A stretch of DNA of 61,967 nucleotides, counting the filler, from Collodictyon triciliatum (lineage: Eukaryota): NCBI GenBank assembly GCA_043381765.1. It is 5 parts of 5 records of this genome, joined end to end, with 100 filler letters (N's around TTAATTAATTAA, not from the genome) between each part and the next. Parts side by side here need not be neighbours in the genome. Positions count along the whole stretch, not along the records: positions 1 to 15,270 come from JBHJMP010001696.1; positions 15,371 to 23,800 come from JBHJMP010001698.1; positions 23,901 to 39,155 come from JBHJMP010001699.1; 2 more parts are not named here. The stretch is one strand, 5' to 3'. The notes under the pieces are model-generated. The model did not search any database. It was not told where the DNA came from and saw only the letters and a program-made list of their open reading frames with translations. Positions within the stretch are counted from its first letter, which is position 1; each line of letters opens with the position of its first letter. A program made the translations under genes and the position numbers. Positions 10,570-27,649 of this stretch are shown here, one piece after another.

Positions 10570-13500
10570 GTGGTTGTTGTGGTTGTTGTGGTTGTTGTGG
10601 TTGTTGTGGTTGTTGTGGTTGTTTAACTGAAAATATCTCGTTTAATTCAAAATTTGTATCGTGGACATTACATGTGTTTTTACATCCTCGATGTGAATTG
10701 CGTATCCGACCATACCCTGGATAACATCATCCAAGTTTGATATAACTACAAAAGGCGCTGTTTTTTTGTCAACCCAGAACGATTCTCCAGAGGTCGGCTT
10801 TACAGAATAAATTCGAAAATAAATATTTAATTCATGTCCTTGGCTATGGTTGCTGCTATTTGTGTTACAAATTCAAAGAAATGCAAACATGCATTCTAGG
10901 GTTTTAAAGGCGTTGGGGTTCTTTGTTGTCTCGTTGGTAAGATATCAAAAGTACCGTAATATTTAGGTGGACTGTCAATAGGACTGGTTGTCCAATACCA
11001 AACAACCGGCGAGGAGGGCTCAATGAGTCTTTCGTTAATTTCACAGATATTTTCCCTTGATTCCCGTCTACCTCTCTCACATCTAAATAAAAAGAGCACA
11101 ATGAACCAGGGCATATTTGAATATAATTGTATATCAATAGAACAATTATCAAATCATTTGACTCGCAAAGTGGGCCATAGATGAAGAAATGCATACGATT
11201 ATGTAAAAAGTAAAAAAAGTAATCATTAAGAAGAAACAGAGCTATTAATCTAACATAGCTTTATTAAAGCAGATAAAATGGTGTCGCATGCAGAATGGAT
11301 GAATTTTACCAAGATTGTATTCGAAGGCAGATTTTTTGCCGACTTGGTTAACTCCATCTCCTCGGTGGTTACGATAAGCAACCACGGAACACTGTATAAA
11401 ATTAAAATGAATAGATTAGTGGAATGTAACGCAATTATAGAATTTTTAGGCATAGGATAGCAGTTTGAAATATTTCAGATATCATTTTTGTGATTAGCAT
11501 AATATGTCCTCGTTGCAGACAATTAGACGTTTGAAGCAGGCATATGTACCTTGGCTTCTGTTACTTTGCATTCCTTTCCAACTTTTATGGACATCATTAA
11601 GTTGTTGGACTTTACGTATATGTGATTTTTTATGTCCATTTCAATGTCACCGATGATTCTATTATGGTTGCCATCTCTATGGTATTTATACGAATATCAA
11701 AATATGCATTCACATTTGACTTAATTAAAATTATATCATGTTAAATTATTTCATGATAATAATCGAAAAAGTAATGGTATATTTCATATAATATCAATTT
11801 CCATGATTATTATGCAACTATGGTAAACTTTTGATTATTTTATTGTTTTTTGATTTTATATAACGATTTTTGTCTATATCGCTTTATACTCTTTATTTTT
11901 CACGTTTATGTGATTAAATATGTCAATGTGCTGAATTATAGAGAAAGAACAGATATGTAAATGGATTTCGTATAAAATAATACACTTCTGGAATCTTTTG
12001 GCTGTTCGGCCCTTGTGACTACAAAGAATAAGGTGATGAGCTCGGCAGATGTATTTAAAAACTCGAAAAGTTTTCTTTTATTTTGAAGTGATTGAAGCGA
12101 GACAATAACAATTATAACTAATAAAAAAATCCAATAATAGCATATGTACCACAATTTTATGAGAAAAATATCGTGCCAAAGGAATGTTAAAAAGTAAAGT
12201 TGAAAATCTGTTAGATAATAAACTGATATGTGTGAAATTTACAGGTGATAGTGAAGTCTTTACTGAAGTTGAAGATGACCCAGAAGTCTCTTTCAATGTG
12301 GTAGGCGAGGATTCTGTGTCTATCAATCGATTACCTGGTGTTAAAATGTCATCTTGAAAAGAAACACTCGTAGAACCATCTTCAAGTTCCTTACTTTCGA
12401 CTGATTTGATTTCGTTAACTACATTTGGTCTTCCATTGTCGAATTCATAAGCTTCACAATATGAATGAGGCTGGTTTGATTCACTTACTCCTGTATATTG
12501 GACATTTTCGATAATATCTGTATGTTGTTGTGTATTACATGCTTGTATTAAGCACGTGGTATTTAAATGTCCGGCTGGCCCAATCGGTTGCATAAATTGT
12601 GTTTGGTGTACCGATTGCATTTGTTGAATGGATTGTGTCTGTTCTATAGGCTGTATTTGCTGCATTGCCTGGGCCAACTGCATAGACAGTTTTTGCTGCG
12701 TAGTTTGTATTTCCTCCATCGGCTGCATTTGTTCCAAAGATTGCATTTGTTCTACCGCCTGCGTTTGTATTCGTTGTTGCATTTGTTGTATTTGTTGCAT
12801 TGCTTGTAAAGTCGGTGATGATTGGGTATATTGTGTTGGAATATCAAATCGTATTGGTTGAATGAATCGCCTGGATTCAATTGATTGTGTCGAGTGTATC
12901 TGTTGACCAGGCGGCGTTTGTTGCATCGACTGCATGTATCGCGATGGTGACGACATGATTGCTTGCATCGGTTGAGGTGGCCCAATGTGTGATATGGACG
13001 AAGGATTGACTAGTTTTGGGGACTGTGTCTGTTGGTCATACTGCGTAGAGTAACATAGGCCATATTCGTCTGGCCATCTATCGTGACGATTTAACTGTTG
13101 GTATTGTTGATACTGTTGTTGCTCGGAATGTGCGTGCATGTGTTCGTGCGAGCAGATGTTGGGATGTTGTGGGCCAGATGAGAGATGGTGTCTGTAGATC
13201 TCGGGACCCATGGGACGCTGCGCAACATATCTCTGCGAATGAAAAACACGGTCATATGGGTGGATTGGTATTTCAGTGCCGTACATGTTGTGATACAGAC
13301 TTGCGGGCGAAGGAAAGAAGCGTCCTTGGCTCTCAGGAAGTCCAGAAGCTGTGTCAGGGTGGCCAACCCCGAATGGCCTTGGGCGACCCCATGAGTCCAG
13401 ATAACATTGACGCTCATAGGAAGATATGGAATTCCCCATACGACTGGGCGCCTGAGTCAGAGAGCAAGGCTGCGGTGTATTGATTTGCGACAAGAAGTGG

Positions 13501-14108
13501 CTAGGCTGATCAAATATCGAGATTGAAGGCGATTCGGCCATGGAGCGCTGTCTCTTTGGGTTGTTTTGAGGGTCGTCAGCCACATATGATGATAAGGCTG
13601 ATTGGACTGTGTTTGCATTTGGAGAATTTGTCTTTCTCTGTGATGTGGTGTGGTAGTTCATCTCCTGCTCGGTGCTGCGGGTAAGTGAGTCGAGAGGGAC
13701 TCCATGGCTGTGTCCTGGTGCTACGCAAAGAGTATTTTGTATAGTGCACATGCTTTGTGTTTGATGATTTGCTTGTTTGTATCTGCTGGCCACGAAAAAA
13801 CATTTTCAAAGGCTCAGGAGAAAAAGAAAAAGGGGAACCCTCCCTCAAGGAAAGGGAGACAGAAAACGCTTTGATTCATTCTTGCTCAAAGACATGTTCG
13901 CTCAAACGAAACTAATCGTCTGTTATCTTCATTTCTTGTATGTCAATTTTTGAATAAAAGTCAATCACCGAATTGAAAAGTAAGCAAAAGAGGAGGAAGG
14001 GATGACTGTAAAGTTGAAGGAGAGAAAAATAAAGTGGCATATTTTACCAGAGCCCGAGCGCTGTCCGTCCGTAGGTTGCGGCTCTTTTCTAAGGCGTTGT
14101 TCATCCAT
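9019..14108 (-). CDS. STAT-like protein (Q/M-rich N-terminus, STAT DNA-binding/linker-like region, C-terminal SH2)
   Basis: Spliced exons give TAPFVVISN (end of DNA-binding domain), RNELSLYGFHFLEK and FSGWMGKFLNLINEPNVCALWESGRIHG (linker), then SH2 LLTEENATSMLLKQPYGSFILRFSDDP...YRSLDLLL. Stop TAA 9021-9019. The 5' exon MDEQRLRKEP (ATG 14108) is phase-compatible with the large exon; alternative ATG at 13751. Confidence 0.8.
10473..10623. repeat. Compound (TTA)n + (GTGGTTGTT)n intronic microsatellite
   Basis: Direct reading. Confidence 0.95.
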
Positions 14109-14975
14109 TCCGAGCGCCAACTATGTGACAGTCTAGCTGCAGAGATACAGCAAGCAATACCTGCGAGTTTGGACTTATGAGCTCGTTATTATTACTATTT
14201 TCACCGAATGAAAAAAGAGGTTCTTTGTTTCAATCGTTTTGGCTGAATCAAGGCCCGCGAATGATATCTCCAAGACAAAGAAAGAGTCGACATGCGCTGC
14301 ATAGAGATGGAGATGGCGTTTTTATCGGCTGTGTTGTTGCGGGCGATAAAGAGGAAAGCCATGACAATCTGCTCCGGCACAGACCTTCGAGACACTTTCT
14401 TGGTGGCAAGAAGCGGGATATTCTCTGAATGCCCCTTAGGAAATCTGCCTTTGCTTGTGTGTGCTGCCGATTGCTCCTCCCCAGCCAGAAACGATTGACA
14501 AAGCGAAACCAAAGTCTGTTCGTTCCGCAAAAGGTATAAATTTTGAATTTGTCTGTTTTTTTTTGGTTCTTTTTCTTTGAAAAATACAGCCAGGCCGCCG
14601 ACAACGGTTTGTCTAATTATTCCCCAAATGAACACCTAAAAAAAAGGGGCGAACGCGTGCGAAAGTCGCCAAAGAAATTTAGTCGAACCTCAAATTTCCT
14701 ATTTACCGAAGCCAATGCTTAGCTCTATTAGCGCCTGTAGCTATTATGTCAAATGTGGAAATTATAGCACTGTGTTTGTGTGGTGAACCAGTCCGTCAAT
14801 CGAGCTTTCGTTGATGCTTGGTTCTGTGTGGCACTTTCGCAGCCGCTGCTCCAAGATACAAAGGCTCTCTGATCTATTGCTTGCCACCTTTCGTATCCCT
14901 TCCACTCAAACCAGCATATATTTTTCTCTGATTTGGACCGTTCCTAAAGTTCATCACTTCAAGAGTATTATATCC

Positions 14976-15073
14976 ATGTGGTCACGAATTGCGGTGGCTG
15001 TCTTTCAAGGCCCGCGACAGGCTCCTCAGTTTGGTCTCCTTCAAACTTGTTTTAGGCGCTCGATAACGCTTAG
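14976..15073 (+). CDS. Possible first exon of a gene truncated by the contig join; mitochondrial-presequence-like peptide
   Basis: MWSRIAVAVFQGPRQAPQFGLLQTCFRRSITLR is Arg-rich with no acidic residues, followed by the donor AG|GTTGGG and a T-rich repeat running into the gap. Confidence 0.3.
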
Positions 15074-15270
15074 GTTGGGCAAACAACATGACGAGTTCCT
15101 TTTTTCTTTTTTCTTTTTTCTTTTTCTTTTTCTTTTTCTTTTTCTTTTTCTTTTTTCTTTTTTCTTTTTTCTTTTTTCTTTTTTCTTTTTTCTTTTTCTT
15201 TTTTCTTTTTCTTTTTTCTTTTTCTTTTTTCTTTTTCTTTTTTCTTTTTCTTTTTTCTTTTTCTTTTTTC

Positions 15271-15370
15271 NNNNNNNNNNNNNNNNNNNNNNNNNNNNNN
15301 NNNNNNNNNNNNNNTTAATTAATTAANNNNNNNNNNNNNNNNNNNNNNNNNNNNNNNNNNNNNNNNNNNN
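15271..15370. other. Artificial contig spacer N44-TTAATTAATTAA-N44
   Basis: 100 nt with a 12-mer carrying stops in all six frames; the identical spacer occurs four times. Confidence 0.97.
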
Positions 15371-15376
15371 GAGAAA

Positions 15377-21548
<6,172 letters not shown>

Positions 21549-21839
21549 CCCCGCAACAACCCCGCACACAACAACACAACCAGATTAAAAAAAAAATGAA
21601 ACCATATCGGCCTAACAGAAATCCATGCCAAAGGAAAAATGTGCAAGAAAACCAAAAACTAACTTTTAAGGAAAGGCACTAATATTGAATGCATCAAGCG
21701 CCGCAGTAGGCAACGAGTGTTGTGCTGGAATAGTTTCTTTTTAAACCCAGCTGCAACCGTGGCGGAAAGAGGAACAGAATGCCAGACAGAAGAGTATGAA
21801 TTGTTAATATATTATAAGCTTTTCCTCAAGTCAAGTAGA

Positions 21840-21911
21840 TCCGATATGGTGTAGTCGGTAGCACATGTGGCTTTCACCCACACAACCCGGGTTCGATTCC
21901 CGGTATCGGAA
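21840..21911 (+). tRNA. tRNA-Glu (anticodon TTC)
   Basis: Acceptor stem TCCGATA/TATCGGA, anticodon stem TGTGG/CCACA with loop CT-TTC-AC, T arm CCGGG-TTCGATT-CCCGG; 72 nt, no intron. Confidence 0.97.
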
Positions 21912-21912
21912 C

Positions 21913-21917
21913 TTTTT
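21913..21917 (+). terminator. RNA polymerase III terminator (T5) of tRNA-Glu
   Basis: TTTTT directly after the discriminator base. Confidence 0.75.
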
Positions 21918-22048
21918 GCCATTCGAGCTGCCTTTGTGTGGAAAGTTTTCTTTTTGCTCTGTTTTCTCGCATCCACAGATGAATCAGATCACACCACCCG
22001 ACCCAACCCGACTCACCCAACACCCACGCGCAACGCACCAGCCCAAGA

Positions 22049-23476
22049 ATGATTTTCTCTGCGCTGTCTGCAACGCGTCTGGGCTGGAGCCACAGCAACG
22101 AGACCGAAGCACAGCGCGCAGAGACAACAAACCCTGCGGCACACTTTGGACGCAAAGAAGAGCTGTTTCTGGAGGCGAGCCGCCTGCACTTCCTGTCCAC
22201 CGAGCCCGACTACCTGAACAAGGCGCTCGCCAAGTACCAGGAGGCGCAAGAATTGGAGCCGGCCAGCATTGCCCCGCAGATTGCGCTGGAGATCCTGAGC
22301 CGGGCCGCCCCGCATCTGTACACGCCGGCAGAGTCCATCCTGGAGGGCGGCACGGCGGGCGACGCGTTCCTGGCGAGGCTGCTGAGTCTGCAGGCGGCGG
22401 ACGAGCTGCTGACGCTCCGGGGGGTCTGCAGCGTGTGCGGCATCGGCGGCCCGCGCAGGTACCGGCATGGGCTGCGCCTCCTGCTTGCCGCCGCCTCGCG
22501 ACCGCCGCTCAGGCCCGTCACGGAGCCCGGCATCCTCTACTGCATCTACCGACACCGCACCCTGTGCCTGCTGCGGCCGTACCCGCCGGCTGCCGATGAC
22601 GCGGCATGTCCTGCCCCCGGCCATCGCCGCCTCCGCCCCTCGCTCATCCCGGCCCCGGCCGCAGTCCACGCGCGCACGCCGCGGGCGATGCTGCCCGGCA
22701 TGGTCGACACTCGGGATCCGCACCAGCCCGCCGGATCACAGCCGGAGCCCGACCCGGATCTTGCGGTGCGCGTGGACTACGGCCGGCTGCCCTCCCCCGC
22801 CGCAGGCGCCAACGACGCGCCACTTGCCCGCATGGACGCGCTAATCGACGGCCTCATGCAGTATCTCTACGCGGCCGCCCACGCGCCGTACCAGCACCCC
22901 GGGGCGCAGAACTACGTCGGTCTCGTGCTGCTGAGTCTGCCGCCCGTGGCCGAGTCGCGTCTGGCCGAGTCGCGGCGGCTGCTGCAGGCTGCCTCCGACA
23001 AAGGGCTGCCCGATGCGCGGGCCAATCTGCGCCTGTACAACTCCGGCGCCGATGTGCGGGCCAACCTGTGCAAGGCCGAAGCGCTCGTCCACACGCGCCC
23101 GGAGGCTGCCGCGCGTATCTACGAGGCCGTGGCATTTAGCTGCGCGAGTGCGGATGCGTGTCTCGGACTTGCCATCTGCTGTCTTCGCGGTGTGGATGCG
23201 GATGCGGATGCAGATGCAGATGCAGATGTGGGTCTGGATGTGCCCTGCAATGCCGCGTTTGCCCTGCACTATCTGCTCAAGGCCGCCCTGCTCGACCACC
23301 CGGTCGCCTGCTTCGGCCTCGGCTGCCTCTGCGCCGGTCTGGCGGGCCTGTTTGTCGGCGGCGATGGTGTCCCCGCTGCGGGTCTCGGCAATCTGGATGT
23401 TGCTGCCCGCTGGTGGAGCCGTGCTGCTGAATTGGGCCATAGGGATGCGCGTCGTCTGCTCCGCCTCACGGCGTAG
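22049..23476 (+). CDS. Intronless GC-rich TPR/Sel1-like repeat protein (475 aa)
   Basis: Single ORF. Sel1-like units: SRRLLQAASDKGLPDARANL, ALHYLLKAALLDHPVACFGLG, AARWWSRAAELGHRDA. TPR-like KALAKYQEAQELEP near the N-terminus. Confidence 0.8.
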   Translation: MIFSALSATRLGWSHSNETEAQRAETTNPAAHFGRKEELFLEASRLHFLSTEPDYLNKALAKYQEAQELEPASIAPQIALEILSRAAPHLYTPAESILEGGTAGDAFLARLLSLQAADELLTLRGVCSVCGIGGPRRYRHGLRLLLAAASRPPLRPVTEPGILYCIYRHRTLCLLRPYPPAADDAACPAPGHRRLRPSLIPAPAAVHARTPRAMLPGMVDTRDPHQPAGSQPEPDPDLAVRVDYGRLPSPAAGANDAPLARMDALIDGLMQYLYAAAHAPYQHPGAQNYVGLVLLSLPPVAESRLAESRRLLQAASDKGLPDARANLRLYNSGADVRANLCKAEALVHTRPEAAARIYEAVAFSCASADACLGLAICCLRGVDADADADADADVGLDVPCNAAFALHYLLKAALLDHPVACFGLGCLCAGLAGLFVGGDGVPAAGLGNLDVAARWWSRAAELGHRDARRLLRLTA

Positions 23477-23527
23477 ATTCCCTGCTCCGTGCGGAAATGC
23501 GTGCCTGTGTCTGCCTCTCTCTCATTC

Positions 23528-23581
<54 letters not shown>

Positions 23582-23800
23582 GTGTATTGGATAAATGAGG
23601 CAGAGTCTGCGTAGATGCTCCTCTGCTTTTGTTTTTGTCTTCGTCTCTAATCAACGGGTTTGCTTTGGTTTATTCACACGCTGGTTGCGACGGTGGGCGT
23701 TTGGCTTCATTTCCAGTGGCGACGGACGAATTCGTTCACGTTGGAGTCGCGGTCGTTGGAGAGCTGGCTCTCACCTGTTGGGTGTGTGGGTGGTGAGGAT

Positions 23801-23900
23801 NNNNNNNNNNNNNNNNNNNNNNNNNNNNNNNNNNNNNNNNNNNNTTAATTAATTAANNNNNNNNNNNNNNNNNNNNNNNNNNNNNNNNNNNNNNNNNNNN
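23801..23900. other. Artificial contig spacer
   Basis: Same N44-TTAATTAATTAA-N44 layout. Confidence 0.97.
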
Positions 23901-24020
23901 TGTTTCTGTTTCTGTTTCTGTTTCTGTTTCTGTTTCTGTTTCTGTTTCTGTTTCTGTTTCTGTTTCTGTTTCTGTTTCTGTTTCTGTTTCTGTTTCTGTT
24001 TTCTTCTCTTTTCTTTATAT

Positions 24021-24276
24021 ACTCATAAATTGATTTTTTGCAAGTCTGCAAAGTTTGGGGAAACCCCGAAGCCACGAGGCCATCTTCTTCCCTCCTATCT
24101 TTTCATGTATGACAAAACTTTCAAGAAAACAAAACATCATAGCTTCACGACTTTTATGAAAATATGGTGCCTGCACCTTCGCTGGATGACTTGGTTTGCG
24201 TGATGTGTCCGTCTGCGAACCGCCTTCGCTTGGACTTGACTCACTTGCGCGCGACAAAATTGGGAATTGTCCATAG
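24021..24276 (-). CDS. Possible two-exon fragment of an unknown gene running into the contig join
   Basis: MDNSQFCRAQVSQVQAKAVRRRTHHANQVIQR|GT...AG|REEDGLVASGFPQTLQTCKKSIYE|GT is phase-consistent; no family recognised. Confidence 0.3.
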
Positions 24277-25689
24277 CATTAAGTATATCATCTTCATCTC
24301 CTTTTTTTTTGTTTAGATAAAATAATTAATATTTTCTTGAAAGTTATCTGGGGTTTCCCTTTTATTTATTACAAGAGGAAAGTAATTAATTGAGTGATAT
24401 TTCATAATGGTACAGCAAAATAAACTCCAAGCACAGAAAGCTAGCAAGACTAAAAGGTGGAGATTTACTCGCTTCAATACAAAAGCAATGCAATGTATGG
24501 TTGTTTTTTTTTTTTTAAAAAAAAAAAATAATTAATTAGATTGTGCTTCATACCTTGACGGCACAGTTCACTATTCTTTCATGCTTTCTTGATTGACCTT
24601 TTCAGATTCCTACGAACAACTTAAATCTTAGTTTCCCTCTTGTCCGCGCTCCTGATTATTTTTCGTTTCTAACAGCATTTTTTTTCCCGTTAATGTTATC
24701 TTCACATCATAACAGAACCTAGAGGAAAACCTATTCCAACTCGAGTCAAATATTCTAAGTAGAATTCGCGCAATATCGACTAAGGGTAAATTTCGTATGA
24801 TTAGAATAAAAATATTGCTATTTATTTCTTATCACTTCTGCTAAAAAAAATTAAATGAAAAATATGACTCTGTAAGTCCAGACAAGAAAAGCGAATTCAA
24901 TCGTGTTGATTTAGCCGAACTGGAGCTGGTTTTGCTGGATAGGTAGTGAAATCTTTGCTTTTCCAAGCAAATACGATAAAATCTCGAGGCCGATCCTCTT
25001 TTTCGTAATTCCTTTTATTTTAAACTAATTTAAGAAATAAAAAACGCAAAGCACATCTCTGCTAGCATTTCAACTCCTTATTATTCCACTCCGATTATGG
25101 CTGGCCTCCCACGAAAAAGCTTCGAAACTTGCAGGTTTGGTCTTTTTTTTGGGTCAAAACGTATATAGTTTAAGCGAGTAGATGGAAAGGATTACAATAC
25201 AAAAACAAAAAGAAAAAAAAACAAACAAACAATCGATTTTTTCTTTCAGGAGCTAAAAATATCCTATTGCGTGTACCTATTTTAATTTTTGGTGTTTTCT
25301 CTCTGAAGTTGAACTAACTTTCCTCTATGCAAAGCACCCGCCCTACAGCAAAGTGTCACAAATCTATTTCAGTGAGTTTTTTTATGCGTGAAACCTTATT
25401 AAAATACCGAGCTGCATCCTTATCTTTTATTTTCTCTGTCTTCAGAGCCCTCTCAATCTACCAAGGGTCGATTCTGGATTGCCTGGAGCGCCTCTTCTCT
25501 GCACCTGTTTGTCAAGTTCTTTTCTCTACAATTAAGCAGCCTCGAAACACGTTTGTTGTGGGGCGAGATTCATCAGAAAATATCGCAAAGACACTACTAT
25601 TCCCAAAGCACCCCAGCATGGAACTTGGAATGAAGACATTCTTTCCCTACTTTCATAGCACTATGAGCACGTTATTTCATTTCCTTCAC

Positions 25690-26400
25690 AACTTTTCAGG
25701 TTAATGCAAATTCGACAACAGATTGTCTTTATTTTTTATATATCTGCTTATATTTTTCTTGAAATATCAATTAACATTTCGGGTGTAATAATGTTTATTT
25801 TTCAGTTGTTATTTTTTTTTTTTTACTTGAGAATAAATTAATAGAGGAAAAAATGGACCCTAGTCAACAAACAAATTATCTGATATGGTTTCCATACACA
25901 ATACTTGGTATTGCATTGGGGCTGTCCTTGTCGGATGTAATATTGCACACTCATTTTGCTCCATTAACTTTTGCTTTAATAACCAAAACTTTTCTGCTTA
26001 CAATATACATATTTCACATGATTAAAAATAGCTTTTTCTTCTATTTCCTTTTTTTCAAAGAATTTTTCAGTTTACTTCAAAGACAAAAGAATAACAAGGT
26101 TCTTGCTTGCTATTCTTTTTACATCTGATACAACTTTGTCATCCCTTTACGACTATATACAAAGCGACAGATCAGAGCAGGTACTTTCTTCAGTTCCAGC
26201 AAACATTTATCTCGTGAAAGCATGATTCTTATGTAGCTCTTCTCTCAAACGTATCTTCTAGATATTCTCTCATAGTAAAGGTTTTGTACTCCAGAGAATA
26301 CTTATCATTATAGCCACTGGTGCTTTATTCGGCCATATGGTACGCTCAACTTCAATTATTTTTTATCATATATATGTCCATATATGTGTATACACTAACA
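25690..26400 (-). mobile_element. Decayed non-LTR (LINE-like) reverse transcriptase fragment
   Basis: Degenerate RT motifs in the right order across frameshifts and stops: EVERTIWPNKAP/GYNDKYSLEYKTF, RFVYSRKGDDKV, LVILFVFEVN*KIL, EEKAIFNHVKYVY, AKVNG, IRQGQP, LFVD*, CINLKS. Confidence 0.55.
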
Positions 26401-27649
26401 CCGGGTGGTGTCCTGTTATTATGTCGCCACTCAGTTTTGATTATATTGAATACACGGAACCAAACTTTTTCAGCTGAACCAATCATCTCAAGAGATGCCA
26501 ACTATCTTCGTATCAAAAATCATCCGATATACTCATAGACGTATTCGTTATTTCTTTTAACATATTTATGTTTGTTTTCATGTTGTATTCATTTTTGAAC
26601 GAGGTTGTTGACATCGACTAGTTGTATCAAGCAAGCTTCCAGTTTTGTCATCATTTTCGTTCCAATCAGTGAGTCTTGAAGAAAGAAAAAGAATATTGCA
26701 TCAACATAAAATCAGTACAGATTTCTCATATAATTTTAAAACTCTTTATTTTCGTTGCGGAATTATTTAAGCCTGAAAAGATTAATCTCCTTGCGATTGC
26801 TTTGGTGCTCGCTTCAATCACGAGTGCTGTTCTGTTCAGTAATGAGGGCTTTGTCACTCAGATATCCTTGAAATACTGGCGGGGTTTGTGATTTCTCTTG
26901 CTGATGATTACGTGTCCATTTTCATGGGATGCTCTGATATACTTTTTTTTCAAGATTTAAGAAAACTGAAGTGTAAAATTAGATTAAATTATTACCCAGG
27001 TACTGACATCTTGTCTCTCCTTCATCACGTTCATTCATCCGTTATTTCTCACCGAGATGAGATCATAGGAAAATGTCATATCCATGACCGCATCGAATCA
27101 AAATTGTGATTTCTAAAAATAATGACAAAGTTTAACATACTCAAAAAAACAGAATCAATAAGTGCGGCATTTCCTATTTCTTATAATAAAATCTAAGGAT
27201 GATTGGAGTAATCCTCAACCAACCAAAAAAAACTGCGACAAATCTTGATTTTCCAAAACAACTTTTTTTCTCATACATATCACCTCATGCTTCGATCAAT
27301 TAAAGGAAAAAATTTCCTCCTCATATATATTAAGTCTCAGAACAGTCTCGCTTAAAATAATCAAGTATGAAATCATCAAGAGCTGAGTAATGTCAGTAAA
27401 AAACTGCTAACAGGAATGTAAGTAAATTTATATTAGCTGATTGAATTCGGGTATCATTTTCGTATGACCTTTATGATTTTTTACATCATGCAATACATGG
27501 TATCCAGTATACCAAAAATATAGAGTAAAATTTGTCGTCCAGAGCACAGTTGGTTGCGAATACCACAAGTCAGAGCTAAGCAAAATACTATGTTTTGTTG
27601 TCAAATACCAACAAATACCAAAATATATTTGAAAATATCGATTCATAAG

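Noticed and set aside
5007-14108. GATA plus STAT as a functional regulatory cluster
   Set aside because: Tail-to-tail adjacency alone is not evidence without conserved synteny or co-expression.
14248-15017. 13-nt direct repeat TCAAGGCCCGCGA at 14248 and ~15005
   Set aside because: A single short match with no element structure between the copies; could be chance.
15315-15326. TTAATTAATTAA repeated four times as a biological motif
   Set aside because: Always centred in N44 padding; it is a six-frame-stop assembly linker.
21865-23594. Alternative-frame ORFs overlapping the tRNA and Sel1 gene
   Set aside because: Shadow ORFs of GC-rich coding sequence.
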